This document shows positions 20,489 to 29,355 of a stretch of DNA of 64,000 nucleotides, one piece after another. Under the pieces are notes generated by a model. That model made no database searches. It was given only the letters and a program-made list of their open reading frames with translations, and was not told the DNA's origin. The position numbers and the translations under genes were made by a program. Positions within the stretch are counted from its first letter, which is position 1, and each line of letters begins with the position of its first letter. The DNA is from Armatimonadota bacterium (GTDB lineage Bacteria > Sysuimicrobiota > Sysuimicrobiia > Sysuimicrobiales > Humicultoraceae), in the NCBI GenBank assembly GCA_037443365.1, contig JBBIOM010000001.1, forward strand, positions 97,693 to 161,692, read 5' to 3'.

Positions 20489-21154
20489 CTACCGCAGCCC
20501 GCTCTGCGCAATCGCGCCGCCGGCGAACCGCTCGATCCGGGAGGCGGCGACGGCGGCGTGTCCCTCGAGCCGTGCAGGCGCGTAGCTGGCCGGCGCGTAG
20601 ATGATCATCAGGCAGCGCCTGGTCTCCGGCGTGATCATCGTCCGGCGCGAATCGCTCGTCGGGCTGCCGCACGGGCCATCATCGTCGGCGACGGTGAGGC
20701 GGCCATCTACGCTGTAGGTCCCCTTGCCGATGGCCTCGTATCCCTCACCCGGCAGTCCGCGGCGCACAACAAGCGCCCCCCGGACGCGGTCGAGATCGTG
20801 CAGCCCGATCGGCAGCAGGAAGTCGAGCGAGCAGAGGTTGTTGATGTCAACGAGCGTGCCTATCCTGGGCAGCCCGTCGCCCCGCAGGACACGCCGCAGC
20901 AGCGCCTCGGAGGACGGCCGCAGCTTGGTGGGGTCCACGCCGATCCGATGGTACAGCTCCCTGGCAGGACGCAGCCCCTCGATCTGCGCTGGCTCGCACC
21001 CTGCGTACGCGCTCCGGAGCCGCGCGCTGGTCGCCTCGATCTCGTCCCAGAGCGCCTGGCTGTGCTCCGCCGCGGTCACGCCTTCGGCTTCCACGATGGC
21101 GATGCGCACGCTGGCGGCGAGCGTCGGATCCACCCGCACCTCGATCACAGCCAT
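20489..21154 (-). CDS. B3/4 (PheRS beta editing-like) domain protein
   Basis: GVDPTKLRPSSEALLRR, LVDINN, PIGLHDLD, GSPTSDS. Confidence 0.85.
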   Translation of the reverse strand: MAVIEVRVDPTLAASVRIAIVEAEGVTAAEHSQALWDEIEATSARLRSAYAGCEPAQIEGLRPARELYHRIGVDPTKLRPSSEALLRRVLRGDGLPRIGTLVDINNLCSLDFLLPIGLHDLDRVRGALVVRRGLPGEGYEAIGKGTYSVDGRLTVADDDGPCGSPTSDSRRTMITPETRRCLMIIYAPASYAPARLEGHAAVAASRIERFAGGAIAQSGLR

Positions 21155-22137
21155 CCCCTCCTGCGTCGCTGGTCCAGTCTCCGGATGCCGGCGCTGTTGG
21201 CCAGTGCTATGGCTTCGCGATACTCCTCGCGGGTTATGCGGCGGTTCAACTCCGGGAAGCGATCCCCGCTCACCCTGCACGCGGGAGCATACTGATCCAT
21301 CAGGTTGACATATGTGTCAGGGGACACCTCCACGGCCAGCCAGCGCATGACCTGGGCGGTCCCGGCAAGGCCCCCAGGCAGCACGAGGTGCCGGACGAGC
21401 ACGCCCCGCAGCGCCAGCCCACGCTCGTCAATGACGAGATCACCGGTCTGCCGGTGCATCTCGCAGATGCACGCCCGCGCCGCCTCCGGGTAGTCCGGGG
21501 CCAGAAGGTAGCGACGGGCGACCTCGCGATCCCAGCACTTGAAGTCGGGCATGTAGATGTCCACTATCCCGTCGAGCAGACGCAGGCATTCCACTGAGTC
21601 GTACGCGCTGGTGTTGTACACCAGGGGCAGGCGCAGTCCTGCCTCGATGGCCAGGGGCAGCGCCTCCAGGATCTGCGGCACGACGTGCTCGGGCGTCACC
21701 AGGTTGATGTTGTGGCAGCCGGCCTCCTGGAGGTGGAGCATCATGGCCGCCAACGCCTGGGGCGAGACCGGTCGTCCCTCGCCCAGGTGGCTGATGGCGT
21801 GGTTCTGGCAGAAGACGCACTTCAACGGGCAGTACGCGAAGAAGATCGTACCGCTCCCCTGCCAACCTCTCAAGCAGTCCTCCTCGCCCATGTGGGGCGA
21901 GAAGGAGCTCACGATGGCGTGACGGCCGGTCTTGCAGACCGCCCAGCGCCCCTCCAGGCGATCCACACCGCATGCGCGCGGGCAGGCGCGGCACTCGCGC
22001 AGCAGATCGAGCGCGGCCAGGGCGCGGCGGTGCAACTCGCCCGCATCCATCCGGCAGTACGCCGGCTCGGATGCCTCGAGTGGCGTCCGGTGCCTATCAG
22101 GACCCGCGGCCATGCGCAACCATCCCGAGGCCATCAT
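21145..22137 (-). CDS. Radical SAM protein, PflX-like
   Basis: CRACPRAC, HMGEE, CPLKCVFC, NINLVTP, DIYMPDFK, RHLVLP. Confidence 0.88.
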   Translation of the reverse strand: MMASGWLRMAAGPDRHRTPLEASEPAYCRMDAGELHRRALAALDLLRECRACPRACGVDRLEGRWAVCKTGRHAIVSSFSPHMGEEDCLRGWQGSGTIFFAYCPLKCVFCQNHAISHLGEGRPVSPQALAAMMLHLQEAGCHNINLVTPEHVVPQILEALPLAIEAGLRLPLVYNTSAYDSVECLRLLDGIVDIYMPDFKCWDREVARRYLLAPDYPEAARACICEMHRQTGDLVIDERGLALRGVLVRHLVLPGGLAGTAQVMRWLAVEVSPDTYVNLMDQYAPACRVSGDRFPELNRRITREEYREAIALANSAGIRRLDQRRRRGWL

Positions 22138-22221
22138 GCAACGACCGCGTCATCTCGACAAGCCATGCCCTGAGCGATCAACCGGGGAGGCTTCGGCCTG
22201 GCGCCCGGCGTAGAAGTCCAC

Positions 22222-22794
22222 GTGGCCATGGCTCGATTGGCGATTATGCTCGCAATGCTGCTGGCGGCGTCCGCGGCTCCGCCAGGACATCTGGCCAGCA
22301 GCGGCGTGGCCATTGGCGGCGGCGGATTCGCAAGCGTCACGGCGCTGTGGGTGACCCCGGGCGTGGTGGACCATGCATACTACCACGCGCTGGTCCCGGC
22401 GGAACACCGCGCCTGGCAGCGGGCGGCGGCCCAGGCCTTCACGCTGATCCGGCTGGACGTGGAGAACCACTCCGATCTGACCCTGGAGGGCTACCTGGCT
22501 CTGAACCTGCGCCTGTCGGCAGGCGGCGTCCTTCACCCGGTGGTGGGGGGCGCCACCGCGCTCGCGCCCCACAGCCGCCTGGTCCCTGACCTCGGACGGC
22601 AGGTGCTTCCGCCCCGAACGCGATTCGGGGCGCTGTACGCGTTCCCCCGCGTGCCCAGGAGCACACGCGAGGTGGGTCTGGTCATCCGCCCGCTGTGGGC
22701 CTTTGCGCGCGGGGTAGGACAGGTGGAGTCCCTTCCGGAGTTCGTCCTTCGCTTCGATCCCGCAGCCCTGACCTATCCTCCGGACGATCCCTAG
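22222..22794 (+). CDS. Hypothetical secreted protein
   Basis: Signal peptide; fits between opposite-strand genes. Confidence 0.55.
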   Translation: MAMARLAIMLAMLLAASAAPPGHLASSGVAIGGGGFASVTALWVTPGVVDHAYYHALVPAEHRAWQRAAAQAFTLIRLDVENHSDLTLEGYLALNLRLSAGGVLHPVVGGATALAPHSRLVPDLGRQVLPPRTRFGALYAFPRVPRSTREVGLVIRPLWAFARGVGQVESLPEFVLRFDPAALTYPPDDP

Positions 22795-22799
22795 CCCCT

Positions 22800-23684
22800 C
22801 TATCCCAACAGGATCATTGCCGTGCCCGTCAGCGCGATCACCGTGCCGGCTACGATCCACGGCGTGACTGTCTCATGGCCGCGCAGCAGGAACGGGCTTG
22901 CGATCAGCACCACGAGCGCCTGAAGGTTGTAGAGCACCGACGCGATGGCCACGGGAGCGTGCCGGAGAGCCGTGAACAGAAGCAGGATGGCCATGGTGTT
23001 GCACAGCGCGCTGCCAAGCACGTCGCCGCGCAGCCACGCCCGCCCGGCCGGCCACCGCGCCGCGGGGCGAAAGGCCGACCACAGCAGGTGCGCGAGCAGC
23101 GCCGTGACCGCGCCCACCGCGGCGCCCAGGACCGGCGCCGGGGTCAGGATCAGCCCGAACCGGCGCGCGGTGTCGCCTATCGCGAACGAGGCGGCTCCTG
23201 CCAGCGCCATGGCCACTCCCACCGGGTCGAGGGTGCGCCGGCCCCGAGCGCCGGCGCGGCGTCCTGGCCAGAGGCTCACCCACAGACCTGCCGTCACCGT
23301 GGCCAGGCCCACGACCTGCAACGAGCGGGGCATCTCTCCCAGGAGCAGGTAGCCGAACAGGAGCGTGAAGACGCTGTTGCTCAGGCGGATGGCCGTGGAG
23401 AGCGCGGGGCCGAGCCGGCGGATGGTCTGGTACGCCAGGTTTCGACCCAGCAGCGTTCCAGCAATGCCGCCGGCAGCGAACATGCCCACCGAGATCAGGT
23501 GAACCGGCGGCAGCATCCGGCCCAGGGCTGACGCCGCCAGGAAGGTCGAGTAGACCAGGACGTTCATCGCGATGCTGACCAGGACGCCCGACTCGGGCGC
23601 GACAGCCACCATGAAGCGCCTGGCCAGCACAGTGCTGATTCCAAACGACAGCGCGGCAGCCAGGGCCGCGAGCTCGCCAATCAC
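22800..23684 (-). CDS. DMT/EamA family transporter
   Basis: About 10 TM helices in two EamA-like repeats (LLLGE, LRGHE). Confidence 0.85.
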   Translation of the reverse strand: MIGELAALAAALSFGISTVLARRFMVAVAPESGVLVSIAMNVLVYSTFLAASALGRMLPPVHLISVGMFAAGGIAGTLLGRNLAYQTIRRLGPALSTAIRLSNSVFTLLFGYLLLGEMPRSLQVVGLATVTAGLWVSLWPGRRAGARGRRTLDPVGVAMALAGAASFAIGDTARRFGLILTPAPVLGAAVGAVTALLAHLLWSAFRPAARWPAGRAWLRGDVLGSALCNTMAILLLFTALRHAPVAIASVLYNLQALVVLIASPFLLRGHETVTPWIVAGTVIALTGTAMILLG

Positions 23685-23776
23685 TGGACGGCACGCCGGG
23701 CGGCGGCCCCCCCGCAGAAGTCGGCACACTCGGCCGATAGCGATGGTGCAGAGCGTGGTCGCGAGGGGGAAGCCGC

Positions 23777-24466
23777 GTGGGCACCATGCCCGGGCACATG
23801 GCCCGCGGTCGGCGGGGCGTTCAGGAGGGCGTATCGCTCGCTGAACTTGTGGTGGCGCTGGGGCTGATGGCCGTGGCGGCGGCAGGCCTGTTGGGGCTTG
23901 TGCGCATGACCGTGCAGGCGGTGGCCCTCATCGGGGACGGGCTCGATGGCCAGCAGGGCGCTCGAAGAGCCCTGGAGAGGATCACCGAAGAGCTGCGCTG
24001 GGGGGAGAGCGTGGTGCCCGATGCCACGTGCGCTCCCACCGGCCTGTGTCAGAACCGTGTGAGTGTGCGCATCCCCGCGGGCAATCCCTACCGGCGCGCC
24101 GAGGCCTACGAGGTCGCGTTTCAGCACAACCCAAGGCAGCGCGAGGTCGAGCGCAGGCTGGGACGCGGGGTCAACAACCTGGCCTCGCGAATCGATGCGT
24201 TCGAGGTCACCTACCACGACGCACAGGGCGTCCCCACGCCTGACCCCATGGCAGTGGCGCGCGTCCGGATCACGCTCGTGGCCCGGTCGCAGGCCGGGCG
24301 TACGGTGCAGGCGCAGAACACCGTCTCCCTTCGAAACCGGCAGATCCCCTTTGCTCCACCCACGTACGCGCCCGCATGGAGGCCTTCCCCTGCGGGGTAC
24401 GGGGATCCACCCGCCCCTGGCCCAGGCGCCCCGCCGGGCCGTCCCGGACCCGGGAACGCGCGCTAG
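23777..24466 (+). CDS. Prepilin-type (minor pilin, PilW-like) protein
   Basis: Class III signal QEG|VSLAELVVALGLM with Glu at +5, ARRALERITEELR, Pro-rich tail. Confidence 0.75.
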   Translation: MGTMPGHMARGRRGVQEGVSLAELVVALGLMAVAAAGLLGLVRMTVQAVALIGDGLDGQQGARRALERITEELRWGESVVPDATCAPTGLCQNRVSVRIPAGNPYRRAEAYEVAFQHNPRQREVERRLGRGVNNLASRIDAFEVTYHDAQGVPTPDPMAVARVRITLVARSQAGRTVQAQNTVSLRNRQIPFAPPTYAPAWRPSPAGYGDPPAPGPGAPPGRPGPGNAR

Positions 24467-24492
24467 CGTTCTTCCAGGCCTCACGACGCAGG

Positions 24493-25626
24493 CTACACGC
24501 AGTAGGTGTCGCGCCCGGAAGCGCACGGCGGTCCCGCCGCCACCAGCGCGTGACCGGCGTGCAGATCCATCAGCATCGAGACCCCGGTCTGGTAGCGGTC
24601 GGCCTCGGGCAGCGCCGGGTTGGGATGCCGGCAGATTGACTCCGGCTGGCCGTCGTGATCCCGCAGGATCGCCAGAAGCGCGTCCGATGGGATCGGGCCA
24701 CGGCCGGCGGCCTCCTCCAAGAGCCGCTCTGCGCGCGCGCACCTGTGGAAGGTCGAGCGCCACTCTTCGGTGATCGGCTGCCAGACTCCAAGCCGGTCGG
24801 GGTCCCGGAAGTGATTGGCGTGCGCCAAGGTCCCACGGGCAGGACTCAGCGCGCAGACCCCGTATGGTGCCACCTCCAGGTCAACAACCGTTCCCTTTCC
24901 CGCGCCCTCTGCATGGCCCAGCAGGAAGTTAGCGGAGCAGGCGTGACCTCCCTGTGTAACGGCCCAGAGCGCAGCCTCCAGCGTCGCGCTGCACAGCGCC
25001 TCCCATGTGCGCAGGTGAAAGGGGCGTCCCGGGCGCGTCCAGTCGTCGTCGGCGGATGTGAGGCCGCTGACAGCAAGGCCGATCCCGGCGCTGTTCAGCC
25101 CGATCTTCCCTCCCGCTATCCCGGCCTCGGTGAAGCACAGCACGCGAAGCCCGTCCGGGCGCGTGACGTGCACGAGCAAGCCCGCAACCCCGGGTATCCA
25201 GTCCCAGTTCTCGCCAATCCAGAGGTGGCCGTCGCCCGAGGCTTCCGGGGCAACCGCCACAAGCGTGCACTCCTGGCCCGGCGCCGACGTCCCACCCAGC
25301 TCTTGCCTCGCCAGCCGCGAGAACTCGCCGTAGAACAGCTCATAGCGCAGGTTCAGCGCGGCTATCTCCAGCACAGGCTGGCCCGCGCCGTCTGCCAGGC
25401 CCTCAACCATCTCCGCGAAGGCAGCGCTCGAGGCGCGCACGCCGGGCCACATCCGCTCTGTTCGCCCCAGCACCTCGTCCCGTGAAAGGCACACCTCGCC
25501 GGCGAACCGGCGGAAGTAGAGGTCGAGGTTGTGCGCGACCAGATCGGCGGCGGCCCTCCCGTGGCCCTCCCCGATCTGGCGCGGTCCGCCCGCCAGCCGG
25601 AGCAGCGGCAGCGATGCCTCGCTCAC
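24493..25626 (-). CDS. C45-family Ntn-hydrolase/acyltransferase
   Basis: ECT autocleavage motif, GENWDW, GLNSAG, HANHF, SICRH. Confidence 0.85.
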   Translation of the reverse strand: MSEASLPLLRLAGGPRQIGEGHGRAAADLVAHNLDLYFRRFAGEVCLSRDEVLGRTERMWPGVRASSAAFAEMVEGLADGAGQPVLEIAALNLRYELFYGEFSRLARQELGGTSAPGQECTLVAVAPEASGDGHLWIGENWDWIPGVAGLLVHVTRPDGLRVLCFTEAGIAGGKIGLNSAGIGLAVSGLTSADDDWTRPGRPFHLRTWEALCSATLEAALWAVTQGGHACSANFLLGHAEGAGKGTVVDLEVAPYGVCALSPARGTLAHANHFRDPDRLGVWQPITEEWRSTFHRCARAERLLEEAAGRGPIPSDALLAILRDHDGQPESICRHPNPALPEADRYQTGVSMLMDLHAGHALVAAGPPCASGRDTYCV

Positions 25627-26645
25627 GGCGCGGCCGGCGGCTCCAGAGCAGCCTCGTAGCTGATCCAGGCCGGCTGTCGGGCAAACCCCAGACGCGCGTT
25701 GATCGCCAGCATGTCCGCGTTCTGCGACGCGTTCCAGGTGCGTATTTCCAGGTAGCCGTGCCGGCGTCCGTAGGAGATCGTCGCCAGCTTGAGCCCCATC
25801 GCGATGCCGCGCCCCCTGTGCGCGGGGAGCACGCCGGTTATTCCATGGTAGAGGTGGGTCCCCAGGGCGGGCCGCTGCAGGTCGGCCACGCCCACGTAGG
25901 CGCTGTCTGCGACGGCCAGGAAGTGCGCGTCGGGCAGTGCCCTGGACGACTCGACAGCGCTGTAGGCGTACAGGTCGTACGAGATGGGCGTGTACGGGAT
26001 CGGCATCGGAATGTCCGCGACCACGGCGTTGTGCAGTTCGTAGGCGCGGCGCAGCGCGGAAGGATCGCGCCGGAGCTCGTCTTGGAGCGTCACTATCGCG
26101 ACGCCTTCTCGCCGCAGGCGGTCGTCGTAGTGCTCAAACGGAGCAGGATCGAACCGTGCCAGTTCGAGCCGGACCTCCCAGGTCCGCATCGTCTCACGGA
26201 ACCCCCTCTGGAGCAGGAACCGGATCGCCTCGGGCGCAGTCTCGCGGGCCGACGATTCGAGCACTCGGGCGCCCTGCGCCGCCAGCAGGTGGCGTGCGTG
26301 GGCGTAGAGCGCGGAGCCGACTCCCTGATTCCGCCAGGCGGGGTCGGTGTAGACGCCCACGCGGTAGCGCGCGGGATCGAACTGCCCTGGCATGTGGTGG
26401 GCGTGCGAGTACCCGACAACCAGCCCCGAGGGGATCTGCGCGACCACCAGGTGGGACGCGTAGCCCCCCTCCCGCAGGCGCGCCTCGAACTCCCGGAACT
26501 CCTCCAGTGTGTCGCGGTACTCCGGGTAGACCGCGTTGTGGATCTCCAGGATCCGCGCCTCGTCGGTGTCCTGGCAGGCGCGCACAACAAGCGGCGTCAC
26601 GATCCGGGGGCGGTCCCCACGCGCGTCCTGGCTAGGCGAGCCCAT
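25623..26645 (-). CDS. Tandem GNAT N-acetyltransferase
   Basis: Two acetyl-CoA motifs (WRNQGVG, HRGRGIA) and NADMLAINARLGF. Confidence 0.88.
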   Translation of the reverse strand: MGSPSQDARGDRPRIVTPLVVRACQDTDEARILEIHNAVYPEYRDTLEEFREFEARLREGGYASHLVVAQIPSGLVVGYSHAHHMPGQFDPARYRVGVYTDPAWRNQGVGSALYAHARHLLAAQGARVLESSARETAPEAIRFLLQRGFRETMRTWEVRLELARFDPAPFEHYDDRLRREGVAIVTLQDELRRDPSALRRAYELHNAVVADIPMPIPYTPISYDLYAYSAVESSRALPDAHFLAVADSAYVGVADLQRPALGTHLYHGITGVLPAHRGRGIAMGLKLATISYGRRHGYLEIRTWNASQNADMLAINARLGFARQPAWISYEAALEPPAAP

Positions 26646-27972
26646 GCTTCTTCACGAATCCGTCCAGCACGTCCGCGAGATCGGGGTGGCCGATCTCCTC
26701 CAGCCGATAGCGCACGCGTGTCGAGGGCCTGTTGATCCTGATGATGCGGCCCAGATTGACGGGCGTTCCGATGACCACCGCGTCGCATTCGGTCCGGTTG
26801 ATCGTGGCTTCCAGATCCCGGAGCATCGCCTCTCCGTAGCCCATGGCCGGCAGCAGGGCGCCGATCTCGGGGTAGGCCTGGAAGGCGTCTATGAGGGTCC
26901 CTGTGATGTACGGGCGTGGATCCACGAGCTCGGCGGCGCCGAACCTCCTGGCCGCGACGACGCCCGCGCCCATCTTCATCTGGCCGTGCGTCAGGGTTGG
27001 GCCGTCCTCGATCACGAGCACCCTCTTGCCCCGGATCACCGAGGGGTCGTCCACCTCAACCGGCGAGGCCGCGTGGATGACAACCGCCTTCGGGCACACC
27101 GCGGCGATGTTGCGGCGCACTGTCGCCAGCCCTTCCTGGCCGGCGCTGTCCACCTTGTTGATTACCACCACGTCGGCCATCCTGAGGGTGACCGCCCCGG
27201 GCCAGTAGCTGGTCTCGTGCCCCGGCCGCAAGGGATCAACGACCGTAATCTGGAGATCGGGCCGGTAGAATGAGAAATCGTTGTTGCCGCCGTCCCAGAG
27301 GATCACGTCACAGCCCCTGGGATCGTCCTCGGCGGCCCGAAGCACGGCCTCGCAGTCCACCCCAGAGTAGATCACGTTGCCGCGCTCGAGGTGGGGCTCG
27401 TATTCCTCCATCTCCTCCAGCGTGCACCTGTGCTTGTGGAGGTCGGCGGGCTCGGCGAACCGCTGCACCTTCTGGGCGACGAGATCGCCATAGGGCATGG
27501 GGTGGCGGACGGCCACCACGCGCAGTCCCCAGGCCATCAGCAGCTCGATGATCCGCCGCGATGTCTGGCTCTTGCCGGCCCCGGTGCGCACCGCGCACAC
27601 CGCGATCACCGGCCGCTTGCTCCTGATCTGGGTATCCCTGGGCCCCAGCATCACGAAGTTGGCCCCTGCCGCCTGTACTATCGCGGCAACGGTCAGGACG
27701 TGCTGGAAGGAGACGTCGCTGTAGGAGAAGACGCAGTCGTCCACCTCGAGATCCCGGATCAGCGAGGGGAGGGCCTCCTCCGGGTAAACGGGAATGCCGT
27801 CCGGATACAGCTGGCCTGCGAGTTCCGGGGGGTACTTCCTGCCTTCGATGTTCGGGATCTGGGCCGCGGTGAAGGCCACAACCCTGTAGTCCCTGTTCTC
27901 CCTGAAGAAGGTGTTGAAGTTGTGGAAGTCCCTCCCCGCCGCGCCAATGACGATCACGTTTCTCCTGGCCAT
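26632..27972 (-). CDS. Cyclic 2,3-diphosphoglycerate synthetase-like P-loop protein; probable arginine synthetase (ArcE-like)
   Basis: GAAGRDFHNFN, AVRTGAGKSQ, RHPMPYG, WDGGNND, EDGPTLTHG, LPAMGY; directly downstream of the OTCase gene. Confidence 0.8.
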   Translation of the reverse strand: MARRNVIVIGAAGRDFHNFNTFFRENRDYRVVAFTAAQIPNIEGRKYPPELAGQLYPDGIPVYPEEALPSLIRDLEVDDCVFSYSDVSFQHVLTVAAIVQAAGANFVMLGPRDTQIRSKRPVIAVCAVRTGAGKSQTSRRIIELLMAWGLRVVAVRHPMPYGDLVAQKVQRFAEPADLHKHRCTLEEMEEYEPHLERGNVIYSGVDCEAVLRAAEDDPRGCDVILWDGGNNDFSFYRPDLQITVVDPLRPGHETSYWPGAVTLRMADVVVINKVDSAGQEGLATVRRNIAAVCPKAVVIHAASPVEVDDPSVIRGKRVLVIEDGPTLTHGQMKMGAGVVAARRFGAAELVDPRPYITGTLIDAFQAYPEIGALLPAMGYGEAMLRDLEATINRTECDAVVIGTPVNLGRIIRINRPSTRVRYRLEEIGHPDLADVLDGFVKKHGLA

Positions 27973-27980
27973 CCGAAGGG

Positions 27981-28982
27981 CTAGCTCCCCAGGGTGGCCA
28001 CCATCACGGCCTTGATCGTGTGCACCCTGTTCTCGGCCTCGTCGAACACGACCGAGGCGCCGGATTCAAAGACCTCATCCGTCACCTCCATGGCCTCGAG
28101 ACCGAACTTCTGGTAGATCTCCTCGCCGATCTTGGTTTCGCGATTGTGGAAGGAGGGCAGGCAATGCAGGAACTTCACGTTTGGGTTGCCGCTCTTCTGC
28201 ATGACGGCCCGGTTGACCTGGTAGGGGGCAAGCAGCTTGATGCGCTCCCCCCAGACCTCCGGCGGCTCGCCCATCGAGACCCAGACGTCCGTCGCGATGA
28301 AGTCGCACCCCCGCACCCCCTCGTCCACGTCCTCGGTGAGGGTGATCCTGGCGCCTGTCTCCCTTGCGATCTCGCGCGCCTGCTCCACAAGAGCCGGGCT
28401 CTGCTGAAGGCTGCGGGGCGCCACGGACCGGAAGTCCATGCCCATCTTGGCAGCCCCCACCAGGTACGAGTTGCCCATGTTGAACCGCGCGTCGCCCAGA
28501 TACGCGAACGCGATCTGGCTCAACGGCTTATCGCTGTGCTCCATCATGGTCAGCAGATCGGCCAGGATCTGCGTGGGGTGGAACTCGTTGGTTAGGCCGT
28601 TCCAGACCGGCACGCCGGCGTGCCTGGCCAGGTCCTCCACGATCTGCTGGGAGAACCCCCTGTACTCGATCCCATCGTACATCCGACCAAGGACCCGGGC
28701 CGTATCCTTGATTGACTCCTTGGACCCCATCTGTGAACCCGTGGGCTCGAGGTAGGTGACGCGCGCGCCCTGATCGTAGGCGGCGGTCTCGAAGGCGCAC
28801 CGGGTTCGAGTGGAGGCCTTCTCGAAGATCAGCACGATGTTCTTGCCGCGCAGGCGCTGCTGCTCGGTCCCGGCGTAGCGGGCCTTCTTCAAGTCCGCCG
28901 AAAGGTCCAGCAGGAATCTGAGCTCCTGGGGCGTGAAGTCGAGCTCCTTCAGGAAGCTCCTGTTCCTCAGGTTGAAGGGCAT
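27981..28982 (-). CDS. argF: Ornithine carbamoyltransferase (ArgF/ArcB, likely catabolic)
   Basis: STRTR, HPTQ, DVWVSMG, HCLP, AENRVH. Confidence 0.95.
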   Translation of the reverse strand: MPFNLRNRSFLKELDFTPQELRFLLDLSADLKKARYAGTEQQRLRGKNIVLIFEKASTRTRCAFETAAYDQGARVTYLEPTGSQMGSKESIKDTARVLGRMYDGIEYRGFSQQIVEDLARHAGVPVWNGLTNEFHPTQILADLLTMMEHSDKPLSQIAFAYLGDARFNMGNSYLVGAAKMGMDFRSVAPRSLQQSPALVEQAREIARETGARITLTEDVDEGVRGCDFIATDVWVSMGEPPEVWGERIKLLAPYQVNRAVMQKSGNPNVKFLHCLPSFHNRETKIGEEIYQKFGLEAMEVTDEVFESGASVVFDEAENRVHTIKAVMVATLGS

Positions 28983-29146
28983 GTCCAGACCTCCTTCGGG
29001 TGACCGCGGGCCGACGCGCCGCAGGAAGCCATGTTTCGACGGCGCCTACTGCCCTCCTCCTCTGGCTGTCCTTGCCGCGGACGTTTTCACTGAACGCCTA
29101 CGGGGTGACAGAATCACAGAACGTTCACAAGAGCCACTACGGCGGA

Positions 29147-29175
29147 TTGACGATGGCGCCCGGGCGTGCTATCTT
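29147..29175 (+). promoter_or_regulatory. Sigma70 promoter
   Basis: TTGACG-17 nt-TATCTT with TG extension. Confidence 0.65.
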
Positions 29176-29189
29176 CCTCAACGAACGTA

Positions 29190-29280
29190 CTCCTTTAAGG
29201 AGCCGTCCTGCGAGACGGACAAGGAGGATGCGATGACAGACGGCACCCTACCGCGCCCGCCGCTAGAGCGGCGGGCGTTT
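29190..29280 (+). promoter_or_regulatory. PyrR-type binding loop plus attenuator
   Basis: CTCCTTTAA-GGAG-CCGTC(CTGCGA)GACGG-AC-AAGGAG resembles the PyrR site (UUUAA; ARUCCNGNGAGGYU); GC hairpin 29254-29277 followed by TTT. Confidence 0.72.
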
Positions 29281-29355
29281 CGCTGTCCCCGGGCGGGGAC
29301 GGTACCCCGGCAACTCCCAAGAACGCTAAGTGCCCCAGACGAAGACTAAGGGAGA

